A DNA stretch of 63,405 bases, filler included. It is 9 parts of 9 records of this genome, joined end to end, with 100 filler letters (N's around TTAATTAATTAA, not from the genome) between each part and the next. Parts side by side here need not be neighbours in the genome. Positions count along the whole stretch, not along the records: positions 31,697 to 37,374 come from SRR31147125_12600; positions 37,475 to 43,630 come from SRR31147125_12606; positions 43,731 to 52,602 come from SRR31147125_12608; 6 more parts are not named here. The stretch is one strand, 5' to 3'. This document shows positions 31,697 through 43,847 of this stretch, one piece after another. Position 1 is the stretch's first letter, and each line of letters starts with the position of its first letter. The notes beneath the pieces are model-generated. The model did not search any database, was not told the DNA's origin, and saw only the letters and a program-made list of their open reading frames with translations. The position numbers and the translations under genes were made by a program.

Positions 31697-31804
31697 GGGA
31701 ATGTTGCGAAAAAAAGACTCCGGCGCATAATATGCGTTGTCAAATTGAATACAAAAATGGCGGAGCATTTGCCCCGCCACTTCTACAACTATTTCCTCAA
31801 AAAA

Positions 31805-34158
31805 TTAATCTGCAATAAATTCACTCAGATCATCGTCATATGTCATGGTCCATTCTGGTTCACTAGGAGGGTTTGCTTCTAGCATTTCTCTCCACTTTTC
31901 ATCTGTAAGACGATCATTCATTGGGTGTTTAAATTCATAGTATGACATAACTGGACCAACCCCCATGAGAACACGACCATCTGGGACTTTGTATGCGACA
32001 ACGATTAACTTCACGTAACCAACGCCCTCTTCAAGGACCTGCTTCGTATTACCATCAGTATGAACATCGCCTATAATAGTTGTTTTTTTACTATCATCAT
32101 CAACTTCTGAAATAACACCATTAAGCTCCTTACCAAAATTCTTTATAAAATCGTAATCCTCTTGAGTCAGTTCTCTATTTTCCAATTCATTAATTGATAT
32201 ATCACGTAACTTTTCTAAAATATCAGAAAGACTATCCAATCTACCAATAGCCGAATCTGAAGTTTCAAAAGCTGAAAAGATAATAAGCCTCTCTTTATCA
32301 TATTGCTCATAGAAAGAAGTCTATTATAAAACTCTGGAACCGGTTCAACATAGCCAACAACTGGTTTTACGGGCGTAGCTGCGCCTCCACCACCAGGAGC
32401 AGCGGTAGTAGTAAATCCATAACTCTGTTTTGCATAGAGAATAGTGTCATGCCTTAGCTCTGCCCAGGATGCTAATGTTGTATTCATTGTCTTATCTAAC
32501 CAAGCAGACGTCTGCATAAAGGTTGGATAACCCGCAGAATAACTTTTCATAAATGATTTTAGAGCAAAAAGCCAAGACCAGTACAGATTTTGGTTCCACT
32601 CTTCATCCGTTAAAGAATCAAATTCGGTCTTTAGATCAGTAAAAACATCATCATATTTTTTATAAAGAGAATCATTTAATTTAAACAACCAGGACTGGGC
32701 ATTTCCCGAACCCAAAACAGCAAGAACATCGAGGCCTCTTGGGAAACCCCTTATTTCACCAGCCACTGTCTTTATGGTTGTAAAAGCCAACGCTGAACCC
32801 TCAAATACGTCTACATATGGATAAACTAAATTTGAGAACATGTATGAATCTGGAATAAACCTTTGTCCCATAAACCTAAAGCCCGCGCTACCTGACAAGC
32901 ATTCCTGGGCCTGTTCAACCGGGGTATCTTCTGTGATATCAATTGTACAGTTACCTGTTCCACCATTAATCTTAGGCTTAGGCATCGCTGCTAATCTTTT
33001 CAAAACCTTATCCAGCGATTTGACAGAAATACCTGTTGTTAGGAAATCCCCGCTGAAAATTGCATTAGAAACGTCCTTATATTGATTTGGTCCAAGATCA
33101 TCTGAAAAACCCACATAGAAAGCTGTGACTTCATAAATCTTTCTCCAAGCTTCAAACCACTCAGGATTATTTTCCATCAATTTTGTTATTATAAGAGCTG
33201 TCTTTGTCTGTAAGCGGGCTTCCTTTTCGGAAACAATACAAATATCACAACCTTTAAGAAGGAAAGTCATTCTTCCGAACCACATCAACGATCTGAAATA
33301 TTTCTCCAACTTTAAACTTCTTGTATAATGGCCTCTTGGCACATACTGAGAATAATCTTCTTCATATTTGAAAAGTGGTGACACAGAGAAACCTTGATGA
33401 GCATCCATCAAAGCTATCTCTTGAGAAACCTCAGCATCAACCATGCTTGGAACATCAAACTTATACTTATGTATATCATCGGAATTAGACTGAAACTTCT
33501 TACATTCATAGTCATATTGTTCACAAACGTCAGCTTCTTTAACAGTCATTATTTCTAGAGGAACAGAAAAATATGCTATAGCCATTTTGATAGCATCTTT
33601 CTCTCGAATATTAATTGCCGAATTATATTTTCCAACAAGATAATCAACCATACCCTTACTAATATCCCATATCATATCGTAAAATTTCTCTTCTTCTATA
33701 ATTCTAAGAGTCTCGTCAAACTGAATATGATAGAGATGCAATAGCGAATCTGCAGTAATAAAAACGGGGAGCTCTTTATCTTTGATTGTTTTGTATGGAT
33801 CGGTAATATCTTCTTCTTTTGGATTAAACGAGTTTTCCATAACCACGAATCCATTTTTCACAACCATTGTTGAAGCAGCATCACTTAAAGATAGTTTTGA
33901 GGTAAAATCTTGGTAATTTGCAATCTCCGTTGTTTTTATAGGAAGGTTATATTGCGGGACTTGAAGCTTCACATCCAGCCCATCAAGCTGGTACTTGCTA
34001 ACCATTTCTGATGTAGACATCGAAAGATCAATAGGTTGGGTCTTTAAAACACCTTCTTTTCCAATTGGAGGAGGATTGTCTTGAGTGCTTATTTTTGAAC
34101 CATCGCAAGCAGAAACCAGAAAAAGTGACATTAGAAAAAAGAGAAAATAGCGCTTCAT
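31805..34158 (-). CDS. DUF3160-family lipoprotein (1-bp frameshift at about 32267-32278)
   Basis: AGGAGG SD, MKRYFLFFLMSLFLVSAC lipobox; FITADSLLHLYH, DYSQYVPRGHYT, FRFMGQRFIPD, SWAELRHDTILYAKQ, GYVEP, GPVMSYYEF...RLTDEKW; about 784 aa reconstructed. Confidence 0.88.
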
Positions 34159-35139
34159 ACAACCTCCTGTAGACCTTGTTTTAGACTTAGTTAACCTAAC
34201 AACTGAAAGGGCAACCAAAGAAACAAGTAGAATAGACATAGCTATAATAGTTCTCCTGTTAGAGCTTACACTATTACTGAAGCTGCATCCAGTAGAATTA
34301 ATCCCAAAGCCTTCAGCAGCATCATCCTCATCCTCTATTTTTGTAAAACTATAGGTTGTGTTAACCTGATTGAAATCTATATAGAGTTCGAGCTCTTTGC
34401 TCTGGATATTTCCAAAACGATCTTCAAAAGAAAAAACAAACTTCTCAACACCAGAAACTTCACTAGCATTTATAGTTTTGTAGAATGAATTTCGACTCTT
34501 AACAGCCTCTTCATATTCATTCATAGTTTCAACAAAAACAATATCACTATCCTCTATAACACCATTAAAATGAACACTTACATGATAATGCTCAGGCAAA
34601 TATTTATCTATGAGATCTTCCTCTGAAAGCCAATTACTTCCAATTATATCTTCGACAATATAGTGCTGGGGACCACACGAAGCACCCAAAAACAACTCAA
34701 CCTCTTCATTCTCTGCAATCCAATCAATATCGACAGCCAATTCAACCTCCGAAATATCAGGAGGAGTTAAATCTGGGGAACTTCCAGTTGTGAAGCTACT
34801 AATACCTACAGTATCATAACCCTCATCCATTTGAATTACATATTGAGCATATGGCTTTAGATTACTACTAGAGACAAAATACAAAACATTATCATAGATA
34901 TTATCATTCGTTGGAATCAGCTTCTCTCCAATATCAGAAACGCCAGATTCCCTTAAATAAATTTTCACATCTTCAGACAACCACGAAATAATCTCTATTT
35001 TTGGATTTAAAACAACCTCTTCAGCACCATCTTGAGGCCAACTAATACCAGATGGAGCATAAGAACACGCATCTAGACTCTTTTGACTAAACATTAATCC
35101 ACACATCACGAGGGCGAGGACCCATAGGAACTTTTTCAT
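34155..35139 (-). CDS. Secreted Ig-like protein with a C-terminal GCS + TM + basic anchor (reads in frame into DUF3160 as sequenced)
   Basis: Signal peptide; WPQDGAEEV..NPKI...LKPYAQY...SFTTG Ig-like motif; TGCS followed by IIAMSILLVSLVALSVV and RLTKSK. Confidence 0.65.
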
Positions 35140-35159
35140 ACAGACTCCCTTCCAGCTGT

Positions 35160-35765
35160 CTATTCTACAAACTCCACTGTCGATAGAATTGATTCAGCTG
35201 CGGTTTCTCCTCCCCCTCCTAAAATTTCTACAACAACATGAAGTAACGTTGTCCCATCTAGAAAATAGTAATCCTTTCTGTCTCCCCCGCTCTCCCCAGA
35301 AACAGGGTTATCATAATAATAGCCTGACAAACTTTGATTCGAGTATGAATTGAATGTTATGCCTGGATAAGTTGATACAAGATAGCTAGCCAAACTAGTT
35401 GGCTCTGACTCTAAGAGAAATACAAAAAAGCTAAGATTCACAGCATCACTTGAAAGACTAACCTGCAACATCCCATCAGCAGTGAGCTCTAAATCTGAAA
35501 TTTCACTAAGTTCAAATTGAGATGTATACTCAAATGAAAAACTATAGACCTCATCTATATATATCGAGCCACCGCTTCCTGCATCTGATGTAGTCCCATC
35601 ATCGCCTGCTGTCGACCCCGTATCATCACCGGTTTGATCGGGCCCCTGCGTTATCGGCTGTGTTTCGTCTGGATTCCCGGCTTCGGTACCTATACCTGTG
35701 CACCCTACTGAAAGAATAGACAGAGCTATAAAAAGAATACCTACTATTCTTCTGAATTTTTCCAT
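35160..35765 (-). CDS. Hypothetical lipoprotein
   Basis: Lipobox SVGC, GTEAGNP motif, acidic G/T/D linker; start overlaps the TIGR02147 3' end. Confidence 0.8.
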   Translation of the reverse strand: MEKFRRIVGILFIALSILSVGCTGIGTEAGNPDETQPITQGPDQTGDDTGSTAGDDGTTSDAGSGGSIYIDEVYSFSFEYTSQFELSEISDLELTADGMLQVSLSSDAVNLSFFVFLLESEPTSLASYLVSTYPGITFNSYSNQSLSGYYYDNPVSGESGGDRKDYYFLDGTTLLHVVVEILGGGGETAAESILSTVEFVE

Positions 35766-36598
35766 GGGACCTCACTCAAATTAAAAAGTTGAAAATTAAA
35801 TTGATAAACTGAATCATACTCTTCCTGATCAGCTACAAATGCATACAAGTCTTTCCTAAACTCTTGGACTTTTTTCTTAACTTCTTCTAGTGTCTCTTTT
35901 GAAACAGGAATTGTTAATGACGAAATATCTCTATGTTCTGGCTTTGTTTCACTTATCGATTCGCTTGCCTTGCTCAACATCTCACGATGAAAATTTGAAA
36001 CAGCTAGAGATCTAACCTCTGGACCTGTGCTCACTGAAGAATCAACATGAGCCAGCCTTCCATCTTCATCTCTTTTCAGAAAATTTAGTTTAATAAGAAG
36101 CTTTATTGCTGAAGTTGCCTGTCTCGGTGTAATTTTTTTCTCTAGCTTGCTTGATATCCACTTTGAATCTTCAACAAAATCTGGCAAAGATACAAGCTCT
36201 CTTACAGCAACATAATACCATTTTGAGTAATACTTATATTGATACTTCTCAACACCCTTTAGATTGATATACTTTCTAGAACTCATCAATCTCTTGTAGT
36301 AGAAATTTTTTTCTTCATCTGTTTTTGCCTGATTCATATGAACTAGATTTTCAAAGAATTCTCGCTCACCCTTGTTTAACTTCAATCCCTTACAAAATTT
36401 CATTATTCCATTTTGACTCAGGCTTCGCTCACCATCCATTACCAATTTCAGATAATTTGGGGATTTAAAACCAGCCTGTTTTGCAAAATAACGAAAGGAG
36501 AAATGCCCTGTCGTCTCTTTAAGCTCATCGTAAAGATCTCTTAGAAACTTTCTATAATCCAGATATGTAAAAAGATTAGTATTCATTAATTTACCCAC
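35744..36598 (-). CDS. TIGR02147-family (HTH + DUF4423) putative regulator
   Basis: FTYLDYRKFL...FSFRYFAKQAGFKSPNYLKLVMDGERSLS, YYSKWYYVAVREL, FHREM, RDISSLT, VYQFNFQLF. Confidence 0.9.
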   Translation of the reverse strand: MGKLMNTNLFTYLDYRKFLRDLYDELKETTGHFSFRYFAKQAGFKSPNYLKLVMDGERSLSQNGIMKFCKGLKLNKGEREFFENLVHMNQAKTDEEKNFYYKRLMSSRKYINLKGVEKYQYKYYSKWYYVAVRELVSLPDFVEDSKWISSKLEKKITPRQATSAIKLLIKLNFLKRDEDGRLAHVDSSVSTGPEVRSLAVSNFHREMLSKASESISETKPEHRDISSLTIPVSKETLEEVKKKVQEFRKDLYAFVADQEEYDSVYQFNFQLFNLSEVPWKNSEE

Positions 36599-36876
36599 TT
36601 CATCCTCTATATCTTAATTATCGGTACTATTATACCATGAGTTGCTATAAATCTAGAGCTATTTGTACATTTGTGTATACATTAGTATACATCAAAAGAA
36701 TACATATGCACTCTTTGCGTGTGATATCAAAGACTTACTGAAATACTGTATATTTATTATACACAATACGTTAATTTCTTGTATACTTCTCACGCAAAAA
36801 AACAACATATTAAACCTCTTAAAACTAAAAGCTAATCCTTGACTATGAGTGATAAATTGATAGTTTGGCGACATTC

Positions 36877-37266
36877 ATGAAAACTTACGCCTTAAGACTC
36901 AAACCTGGAGACGATTTAGTAGACGAATTAAAGAAGTTCGTCTTTGAGAAAGATATTAAGGCTGGTTGTATTATCACTTGTGTTGGGAGTTTGGAGAGAA
37001 CCACCATCAGACTTCGCAACGAAGATCAAATTGAGAACATCGAAGAAACAACCGAAATACTTTCTCTAGTTGGAACACTCTCAAAAGATGGAGTTCATCT
37101 TCATATCAGCGTATCAGATCAAAATGGAATTGCAGTAGGTGGACACGCAAAAAAAGGGTGTATCATTTATACAACTGCTGAGATTATTGTTGGAGATTTA
37201 GACGACTGTAAATTTTCGAGAAAGATGGATAATGAGACAGGGTACAAAGAGTTAGTTGTTTCCTGA
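36877..37266 (+). CDS. PPC/DUF296-domain protein
   Basis: LRLKPGDDL, CVGSL, EILSLVGT, HLHISVSD, GGH, TTAEI. Confidence 0.92.
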   Translation: MKTYALRLKPGDDLVDELKKFVFEKDIKAGCIITCVGSLERTTIRLRNEDQIENIEETTEILSLVGTLSKDGVHLHISVSDQNGIAVGGHAKKGCIIYTTAEIIVGDLDDCKFSRKMDNETGYKELVVS

Positions 37267-37374
37267 TTATCTATTCCCGCCCACCACCCCTAGAATGTGC
37301 TTTTGGAATATCTTGGTACTCTAAGCCAAATAATCATGTGTTTTAAAAAGACACGGTTCGTTTTGGGACGGCCC

Positions 37375-37474
37375 NNNNNNNNNNNNNNNNNNNNNNNNNN
37401 NNNNNNNNNNNNNNNNNNTTAATTAATTAANNNNNNNNNNNNNNNNNNNNNNNNNNNNNNNNNNNNNNNNNNNN
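37375..37474. other. Artificial contig spacer
   Basis: Same linker. Confidence 0.98.
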
Positions 37475-40400
37475 GGGTGGAAGTTCCGTGGGACTTCGTT
37501 GATCAGCGTCTGCCGCAGACCATCAAAGTTCCGCTTCTTCTGTCGTCTCTTCGAAAAATAGCTCTCCGGCTTGTCCGGAGCCTCCAGGGCAATCTGCTGA
37601 ATTACCTTGATGTTAACGGCCTGAAGCGAGCTGCTCAGTGATTCACGCGCCTTCCGGTCCCAGCTATCACTGACGCTGACACGTTCCAGACGGGAAAGAA
37701 TCGTCATTACTCCGATCTGATCATCCACGAGAACCTTGATCCGCGCCAACTGTTCGAGGTTCTGGCCCGACTCCTCGACCATGCAGATCAGCGGCAAGAA
37801 ATCGACCAAACAATCGAGAACAGCATATTTGAAGGCCACATCCTTGCTCAGACCTTCTTCCTGGAGCTGTTCACTCCGATTCTTACAGCTGTTCCAGTCC
37901 GATTCAGGAAGCACGTTCGGCAGCATTGTTGCGTACTGATAGAGCTGTGTCCGTATTCTCTCCAGATCATCTTCGGTCGACGGGATCGCCATGTCATTGC
38001 TTAATGCATAGGTACAGAAGGTGCTGAGAATGTTCTCAAGCTTCATCAACAGCTGATACTGCCGTTCCGAGGACATTTTATTATCGAGCTCAAAGACCGA
38101 CTCACGCAGTTCTCGACCGCTTAGCAGGTTGTCAAAAATCATGTAAGCGTTGGCAACCTGAGGCTGTGTCTTGCCTGTAACCCGGCTGGTGGTCTGCAGG
38201 AAGGCGCTGCCGGCCTGATCGACCACACGGTTGGTCAACATTGTCGCGATAATTTCTTTGGCCAGCGGGTGCTTCGGCAGTGATTCAGGGAAGCGGTCGA
38301 TCACCTGCTGCGGGAAATAGTCGAACAGCAACTGATTCACGACCTTGTTGTCCGGTAGCTGTCCATCGAGCAAAGCGCTGAACAGGAACATCTTGCTGTA
38401 GGCCAGCAGGACAGCGAGCTCCGGCCGCAAGAGACTGTTTTCCGAGCGGCTGGTGACATCCTTGCGGCTGGGGAGGAACTCATCCCGACGGTCCAGCAAT
38501 CCGGAACGTCCGAGCCTGTCCATCAGATCCAGATGCGGTTCCACATCCTTGCGACAGCGGATCTGGTCAAGAGACAGCGACATGGTCTGGGTGTAGTTGT
38601 TCGCCAAAACATCGCGGCAGACAGTCTCCTCCATCTCTTCCAGCAGGTCGTAACCTTCTTCAAGAGAGCCAACGTGCCCTTCCTGGCGCAGCAGGCGCAG
38701 GAGAATCTTCAGATTGACCTCGTGGTCAGAGCTGTCAACACCAGCTGAGTTGTCGATCGCGTCCGTATTGATCAGGCCGCCGTGGTTGGCGTATTCGATG
38801 CGACCGAGCTGGGTCAGACCAAGGTTCCCACCTTCGCCGACAACACGAGCCCGCAGTTCTGTCGCATCGACGCGAACGGCATCGTTGGCGCGGTCGCCCG
38901 CATCTTCATTGGACTGGGTCGATGCTTTGACATAGGTCCCAATACCACCGTTCCAGAGGAGATCGACCTTCGCCTTGAGCAACAGCTTGATCAGACCGGG
39001 CACATCGATACGTCCCGGCCGCACACCTAGCCATTCTGCGACCTGTGGTGACAGTGGGATTTCCTTCAATTGACGAGAGAAGATGCCACCGCCTTCAGAG
39101 ATCAGGTCCTTGTTGTAGTCTTCCCAACTCGAACGAGGAAGCTTGAAGATCCGTTCCCGCTCAACGTAAGAGGATTCCGGGTCCGGATTCGGATCGAGGA
39201 AAATATGTCGGTGATCAAAGGCCGCCATCAGCTTGATCTGGCGCGACAACAGCATACCGTTACCGAAGACATCGCCGCTCATATCGCCGATTCCAACAAC
39301 CGCGAACGGCTTGCTCTGGATATCATGATCGAGCTCTCGGAACAATCTCTTGACACTTTCCCAGGCTCCACGGGCGGTGATACCAAGCTTCTTGTGGTCA
39401 TAACCGTGAGAGCCACCACTGGCAAAGGCATCCCCGAGCCAGAAGTCGTACGACTCACTGACACCGTTGGCCGTATCCGGCAGGTGGGCTGTCCCTTTAT
39501 CTGCGGCAACGACCAGGTACGGATCCTGATCGTCGTAGGCAATCACACCCTCCGGGCCAACGATATCATCCCCGACGCGATTGTCGGTCAGGTCCAGCAG
39601 ACCACGCATCAGCGTCTTGTAAGCACGCTTGACGATCTCGCCCATCTTCTCGCGATCCGGGTCAACATGTTTGGTGATGAAACCACCTTTGGAACCTTCC
39701 GGCACGATGACAGCATTCTTGGTCATCTGAGCCTTGACCAACCCCAGAACCTCCGTCCGGAAATCATCCGGGCGGTCTGACCAGCGAATACCACCACGAG
39801 CAACCTTGCCACCACGCAAGTGGAGACCTTCCATCCATGAAGAATGAACGTAAACCTCATAGAGCGGTCTTGGTGACGGCATGTCGATAACACCGAGGGA
39901 GCTGACCTTGATCGAGAAGAAGTAATCCTTGTCGTCGCAGCGCAGGAAGAAGTTGGTTCGGATCGTCGAATCGATCAGATTGAACAGTGTCCGCAGGATT
40001 TTATCCTCGTTCGGGTCACTGACATCTTCAAGGGCGCCAAGGAGCGCATGGCGAATAGGCGACAGAACGTCAAGTTCACGGACCATCGGATCGGCCCAGT
40101 CTGCGTACGGCTTGAAGCGCCCTTCGAAATAGCGGTAAAGCAGATGCGCAACTCTCGCGTTATTGCGCAGAGTGTCCGCGACACGCTTCTTGGAGAACGG
40201 ACTGCCGAGCTGGAAATAGTAATTCCGGTAGCCGCGGAAGACATCGATCTCCTTCCAGGAGAGGCCTGTCAGTGGCAGCAGCTGGTGCAAATAATCATTT
40301 TCGACATCGCCATTGCACAGAGCCAGCAATGTGTCCAAAAGCAGCGGCTTGATCTGCTTGATCGGCAGACTGTCAGGAGAATTGCTGCGAACTGCAAAAC

Positions 40401-42190
40401 TCTTGATATAAACACGCTGATCACCGACATCCAGATCGGAATCGACTTCATGCAGAACACACAGATCGAGGTTCTGCAGGAACGGCATCAGATCGTTCAG
40501 CACACTGCGCTTGAGGCTGTAATACTGCAACCTGAAGTAATTTTCCTCTTCATGAAACGGCCCCCAGAGATCAAAGGCATCATTCCCGTCCCGCAGCAGC
40601 TGTTCAATATTACGAACGTCACGGACGGCGAAGCGAGGATGGGTGCGAGCACGATAATCCTTATTGAAGGCCTTGCTGTAACGCTCCCAGGTCTCAAAAG
40701 AATCCTCGGCAAACTGTTTTTCGAGCAGCTCCCGGAACTTCAGCTTCCACGGCATAGCGATCCGCGTCAGCCCTTGTTCCAGCTGCATCAGATTCAGTTC
40801 CACTTCTTTGCGGTTGAGTTGCAGATTGACGTGCAGGCTGAGATAGTCGGAGGCCATGTGGATCAAACGTGATTCGACCGTTGATGCACGCAGGTAGCGC
40901 CGCAGGTAAGTTTCCATCCGCTCGATGTGCTCCGGCAGATAATACTCGTTCGGCATAATCAACAGCAGCGTGATTCCGGTTTCTGACGCACTCGGCGCGA
41001 CAACTACTTTAACCCCGGCCTGACGGTGCATCTGAGTAAAGGAGCGCAGCATCCTCTCAAGCTCATTGTCAGCCAGAAGGAACATCTCTATCTTCGGGAA
41101 GCTGTTCAGAACCTGAATGGTCTTACGATAATTGTGGCTGTCGTGAAGAATGTTCAACTTGGCTTGCGCTTTCTCGATTTTTGTCCGCAAAGCAGGAATC
41201 GAAAAGCTCGTCTCATCGATACTCTTCTGTGTGTAGAAGCCCCAGAAGCAGTGTTCACGATAGCGCCCGTCTGCCATCTCTTCACGCAGCCCCATATACG
41301 TCAACCGCTCAAAACGGTGGAGCGGGCAACGCAAGTCTGTTTTCTCAAGATCAACGTTTTTCCCGTGACCGAGCAGAGGAAACACCTTGTCGGGTGTAAG
41401 CGCAACAGATTCGGTGCTCTTGTAAAATGCCTTTGGATAGAAATCTGTCAAACCGAAGGATTGATCCGTCTCTTCCTCAAATTGGTTGACATCGCCCCCG
41501 GCGGGATAAACGTAGTGACGTGTGGCTACCGGGACAAAATTATCCTCCTGCAGCCACGCGTACAGATCGGCGTGCAGCTTCAATCCCTCAATTTGACCGA
41601 GCTGCTCAATCTGGCCCTTCATGGATTGACGATCTTCATAAATCTGGTTCGCTGAATTCAGAATGATCCTGACAGCGTCGGTCAACTCGCCGATCAGACG
41701 CGCCGGCAGCCGCTCTATCTCCATCCAGACAAAGGATTCACGCGGCAGGTCATCCTGTGCCACTTCCACCCTGGCCAGTTGCCCGTCGACTCTTTCCACA
41801 GAGAAAATCGGATGGCAGATCACCCGAAAGTGGAGTGATTTACGATGTAAAAATTCCTGCAAAGAAAAAAGATATGGTTTGCATCGGGGGAGTTGGTAAA
41901 AGGTAGTAGTGCCCTGCCTCAGATTGAGGCTGGATCGCGACCTTGACACGGTCCTTATTGTTCAACAGAAAGTTCCCGGCCTGTTGAAGGTTTTCAACCA
42001 GCTCCGTGAGACTTATCTGCGAGAGAAAATTGCCCGGAATCTCCTGACGAAGAATCTCAGCCAGAGACATCAAGACAGGAAGGTTGGCCTTCTGGCCTTG
42101 CCTGATCAATTCCTGCTCAATAGCTTTGCTTTGAAATAACTTCTCCTGCTCTTCGGTAGTACGACCTTTTCTTGCGATTGACACTTTCAT
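37475..42190 (-). CDS. gdhB: Large NAD-specific glutamate dehydrogenase (3' truncated; frameshift at about 41878-41900)
   Basis: HLRGGKVARGGIRWSDR, KNAVIVPEGSKGGF, YLVVAADKGTA, GYDHKKLGITARG, GDMSGDVFGNG, EGGNLG, NTDAIDNSAGV; N-terminal 116-aa ORF joins via homopolymer repairs (HYYLFTNSPDAKPYLFSLQEF). Confidence 0.93.
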
Positions 42191-42323
42191 ATTCGGCTCC
42201 CTTTCACAAGGCCAAAAGGTTTGCTAAAGGTCGGCCATAAACACCATTGTTCATGGTCTATTGGCGAATCATAGACCACGATTTTCGGGTTATCAAGCAA
42301 CATTTATAAATTTTTAATATTTT

Positions 42324-43106
42324 TTACAGAAAAGCGGATGTCAGGCGGGAAAAATCATCCAGAGATAAGGTCTCACCACGACGGGACGGGTCAATTCCGG
42401 CATCCGAAAGAGCCTTTTCAACCCGATCGGCAGCGAAACCTCCAGCCTTGAGACTGTTTCTCAATGTTTTGCGTCTCTGGGTAAAAGACGCCTTGACGAC
42501 CTTGCGAAACAGAGTTTCGTCAATGGGATCAACACGCGGTTGGTCGAGGGGAACAAATTCAAGAACAATCGAATCGACTTTTGGCGGTGGTTTAAACGCC
42601 CCCGGACGCACCAGGGTCACGGTTCGTACGTCGTACCAGAGCTGGCACAGGACCGAGAGAATACCGTAGTCTTTCCCCCCAGGCGGAGCAGCAAGGCGCT
42701 CCCCCACTTCACGCTGAAACATAAGAACCATCCTCTGAAACAGGTCACGATGATCCAGCATACGAAAAACAACCTGGGTCGAAATATTATACGGCAGGTT
42801 TGCAACGAGGGTGTAAGGTGGTTGAGTGAGCAACTCACGCCAGGGCAATTGAAGTACGTCACCGGCATGAATCGTCAATCGATCATCCATGCGCGCTTGC
42901 AACCGTTGGATCAGATCCCGGTCGATCTCCATGACAGCGACATGGCCTGCCCGCGGCAGCATGGCGTCCGTCAGGACACCGAGTCCCGGACCGATTTCAA
43001 CAACCCGAGACTGCTCATCAAGGCAGGCGGCTGTCACAATCCTGTCGATAATACTCTGATCATGCAAAAAGTGCTGACCGAAACGTTTTTTAGTTCTGTA
43101 TTCCAA
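42324..43106 (-). CDS. rsmA: 16S rRNA m6,2A dimethyltransferase
   Basis: KKRFGQHFL, EIGPGLG, EIDRDL, ANLPYNIS, F.PPPKVDS, QRRKTLRN. Confidence 0.97.
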   Translation of the reverse strand: MEYRTKKRFGQHFLHDQSIIDRIVTAACLDEQSRVVEIGPGLGVLTDAMLPRAGHVAVMEIDRDLIQRLQARMDDRLTIHAGDVLQLPWRELLTQPPYTLVANLPYNISTQVVFRMLDHRDLFQRMVLMFQREVGERLAAPPGGKDYGILSVLCQLWYDVRTVTLVRPGAFKPPPKVDSIVLEFVPLDQPRVDPIDETLFRKVVKASFTQRRKTLRNSLKAGGFAADRVEKALSDAGIDPSRRGETLSLDDFSRLTSAFL

Positions 43107-43109
43107 AAA

Positions 43110-43592
43110 TCAATCTTTCCAATCTGTTTTACGACGCGGCCAACGCGGTATCCGGGCCTGCCTCAGACTCGGGACAAAACGGACAGCCAGAGCGTAGCCG
43201 ATAAGTGCGACCGGAATTCCAAGGGCCAAGCTGCCGATCAGAAGCGGTCCCCCGACCTGCATACCGATGGACCAGTTGAGCTCAAAATCCAGGCCTCCAC
43301 GAGTCGGCTCCATGCCCAAGAACAGCCTCCCGACTTGATATTCCAACCCATAAATAAAGGGAGCCGTGACCGGATTCGTAATCCAGACGCCAACAAAGGT
43401 CGCAATCTTATTCTGGCGCAATAAAAAAGCGAAGAGCAGAGCCAACAGGATCTGAACGCCAAAAGTCGGAGTAAAACCGATAAACAGACCAAGGGCAACA
43501 CCGCGCCCGATCGCATCCGGGTCGGAACGGAGGCGTGCCAGACGGATAACATTTAGTTTAAATTGTCTGAAGAATCCCCAACGACGCCACAT
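43110..43592 (-). CDS. DUF2062 membrane protein
   Basis: RGVALGLFIGFTPTFGVQ and WITNPVTAPFIY. Confidence 0.9.
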   Translation of the reverse strand: MWRRWGFFRQFKLNVIRLARLRSDPDAIGRGVALGLFIGFTPTFGVQILLALLFAFLLRQNKIATFVGVWITNPVTAPFIYGLEYQVGRLFLGMEPTRGGLDFELNWSIGMQVGGPLLIGSLALGIPVALIGYALAVRFVPSLRQARIPRWPRRKTDWKD

Positions 43593-43630
43593 ACACCCGT
43601 TATCCGTAAGATGTTTATTCAGCCGGAAAA

Positions 43631-43730
43631 NNNNNNNNNNNNNNNNNNNNNNNNNNNNNNNNNNNNNNNNNNNNTTAATTAATTAANNNNNNNNNNNNNN
43701 NNNNNNNNNNNNNNNNNNNNNNNNNNNNNN
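43631..43730. other. Artificial contig spacer
   Basis: Same linker. Confidence 0.98.
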
Positions 43731-43847
43731 TGCGCTGGCAAACATGGAGGTTTATATGAAAATCTTAACCTTATCGGTCGCGGATTTTTATGTGTTCCTG
43801 TGGTAGACGGCCTACCATGGTTACTGTTAAGAAAAGGATTGTAGTAT

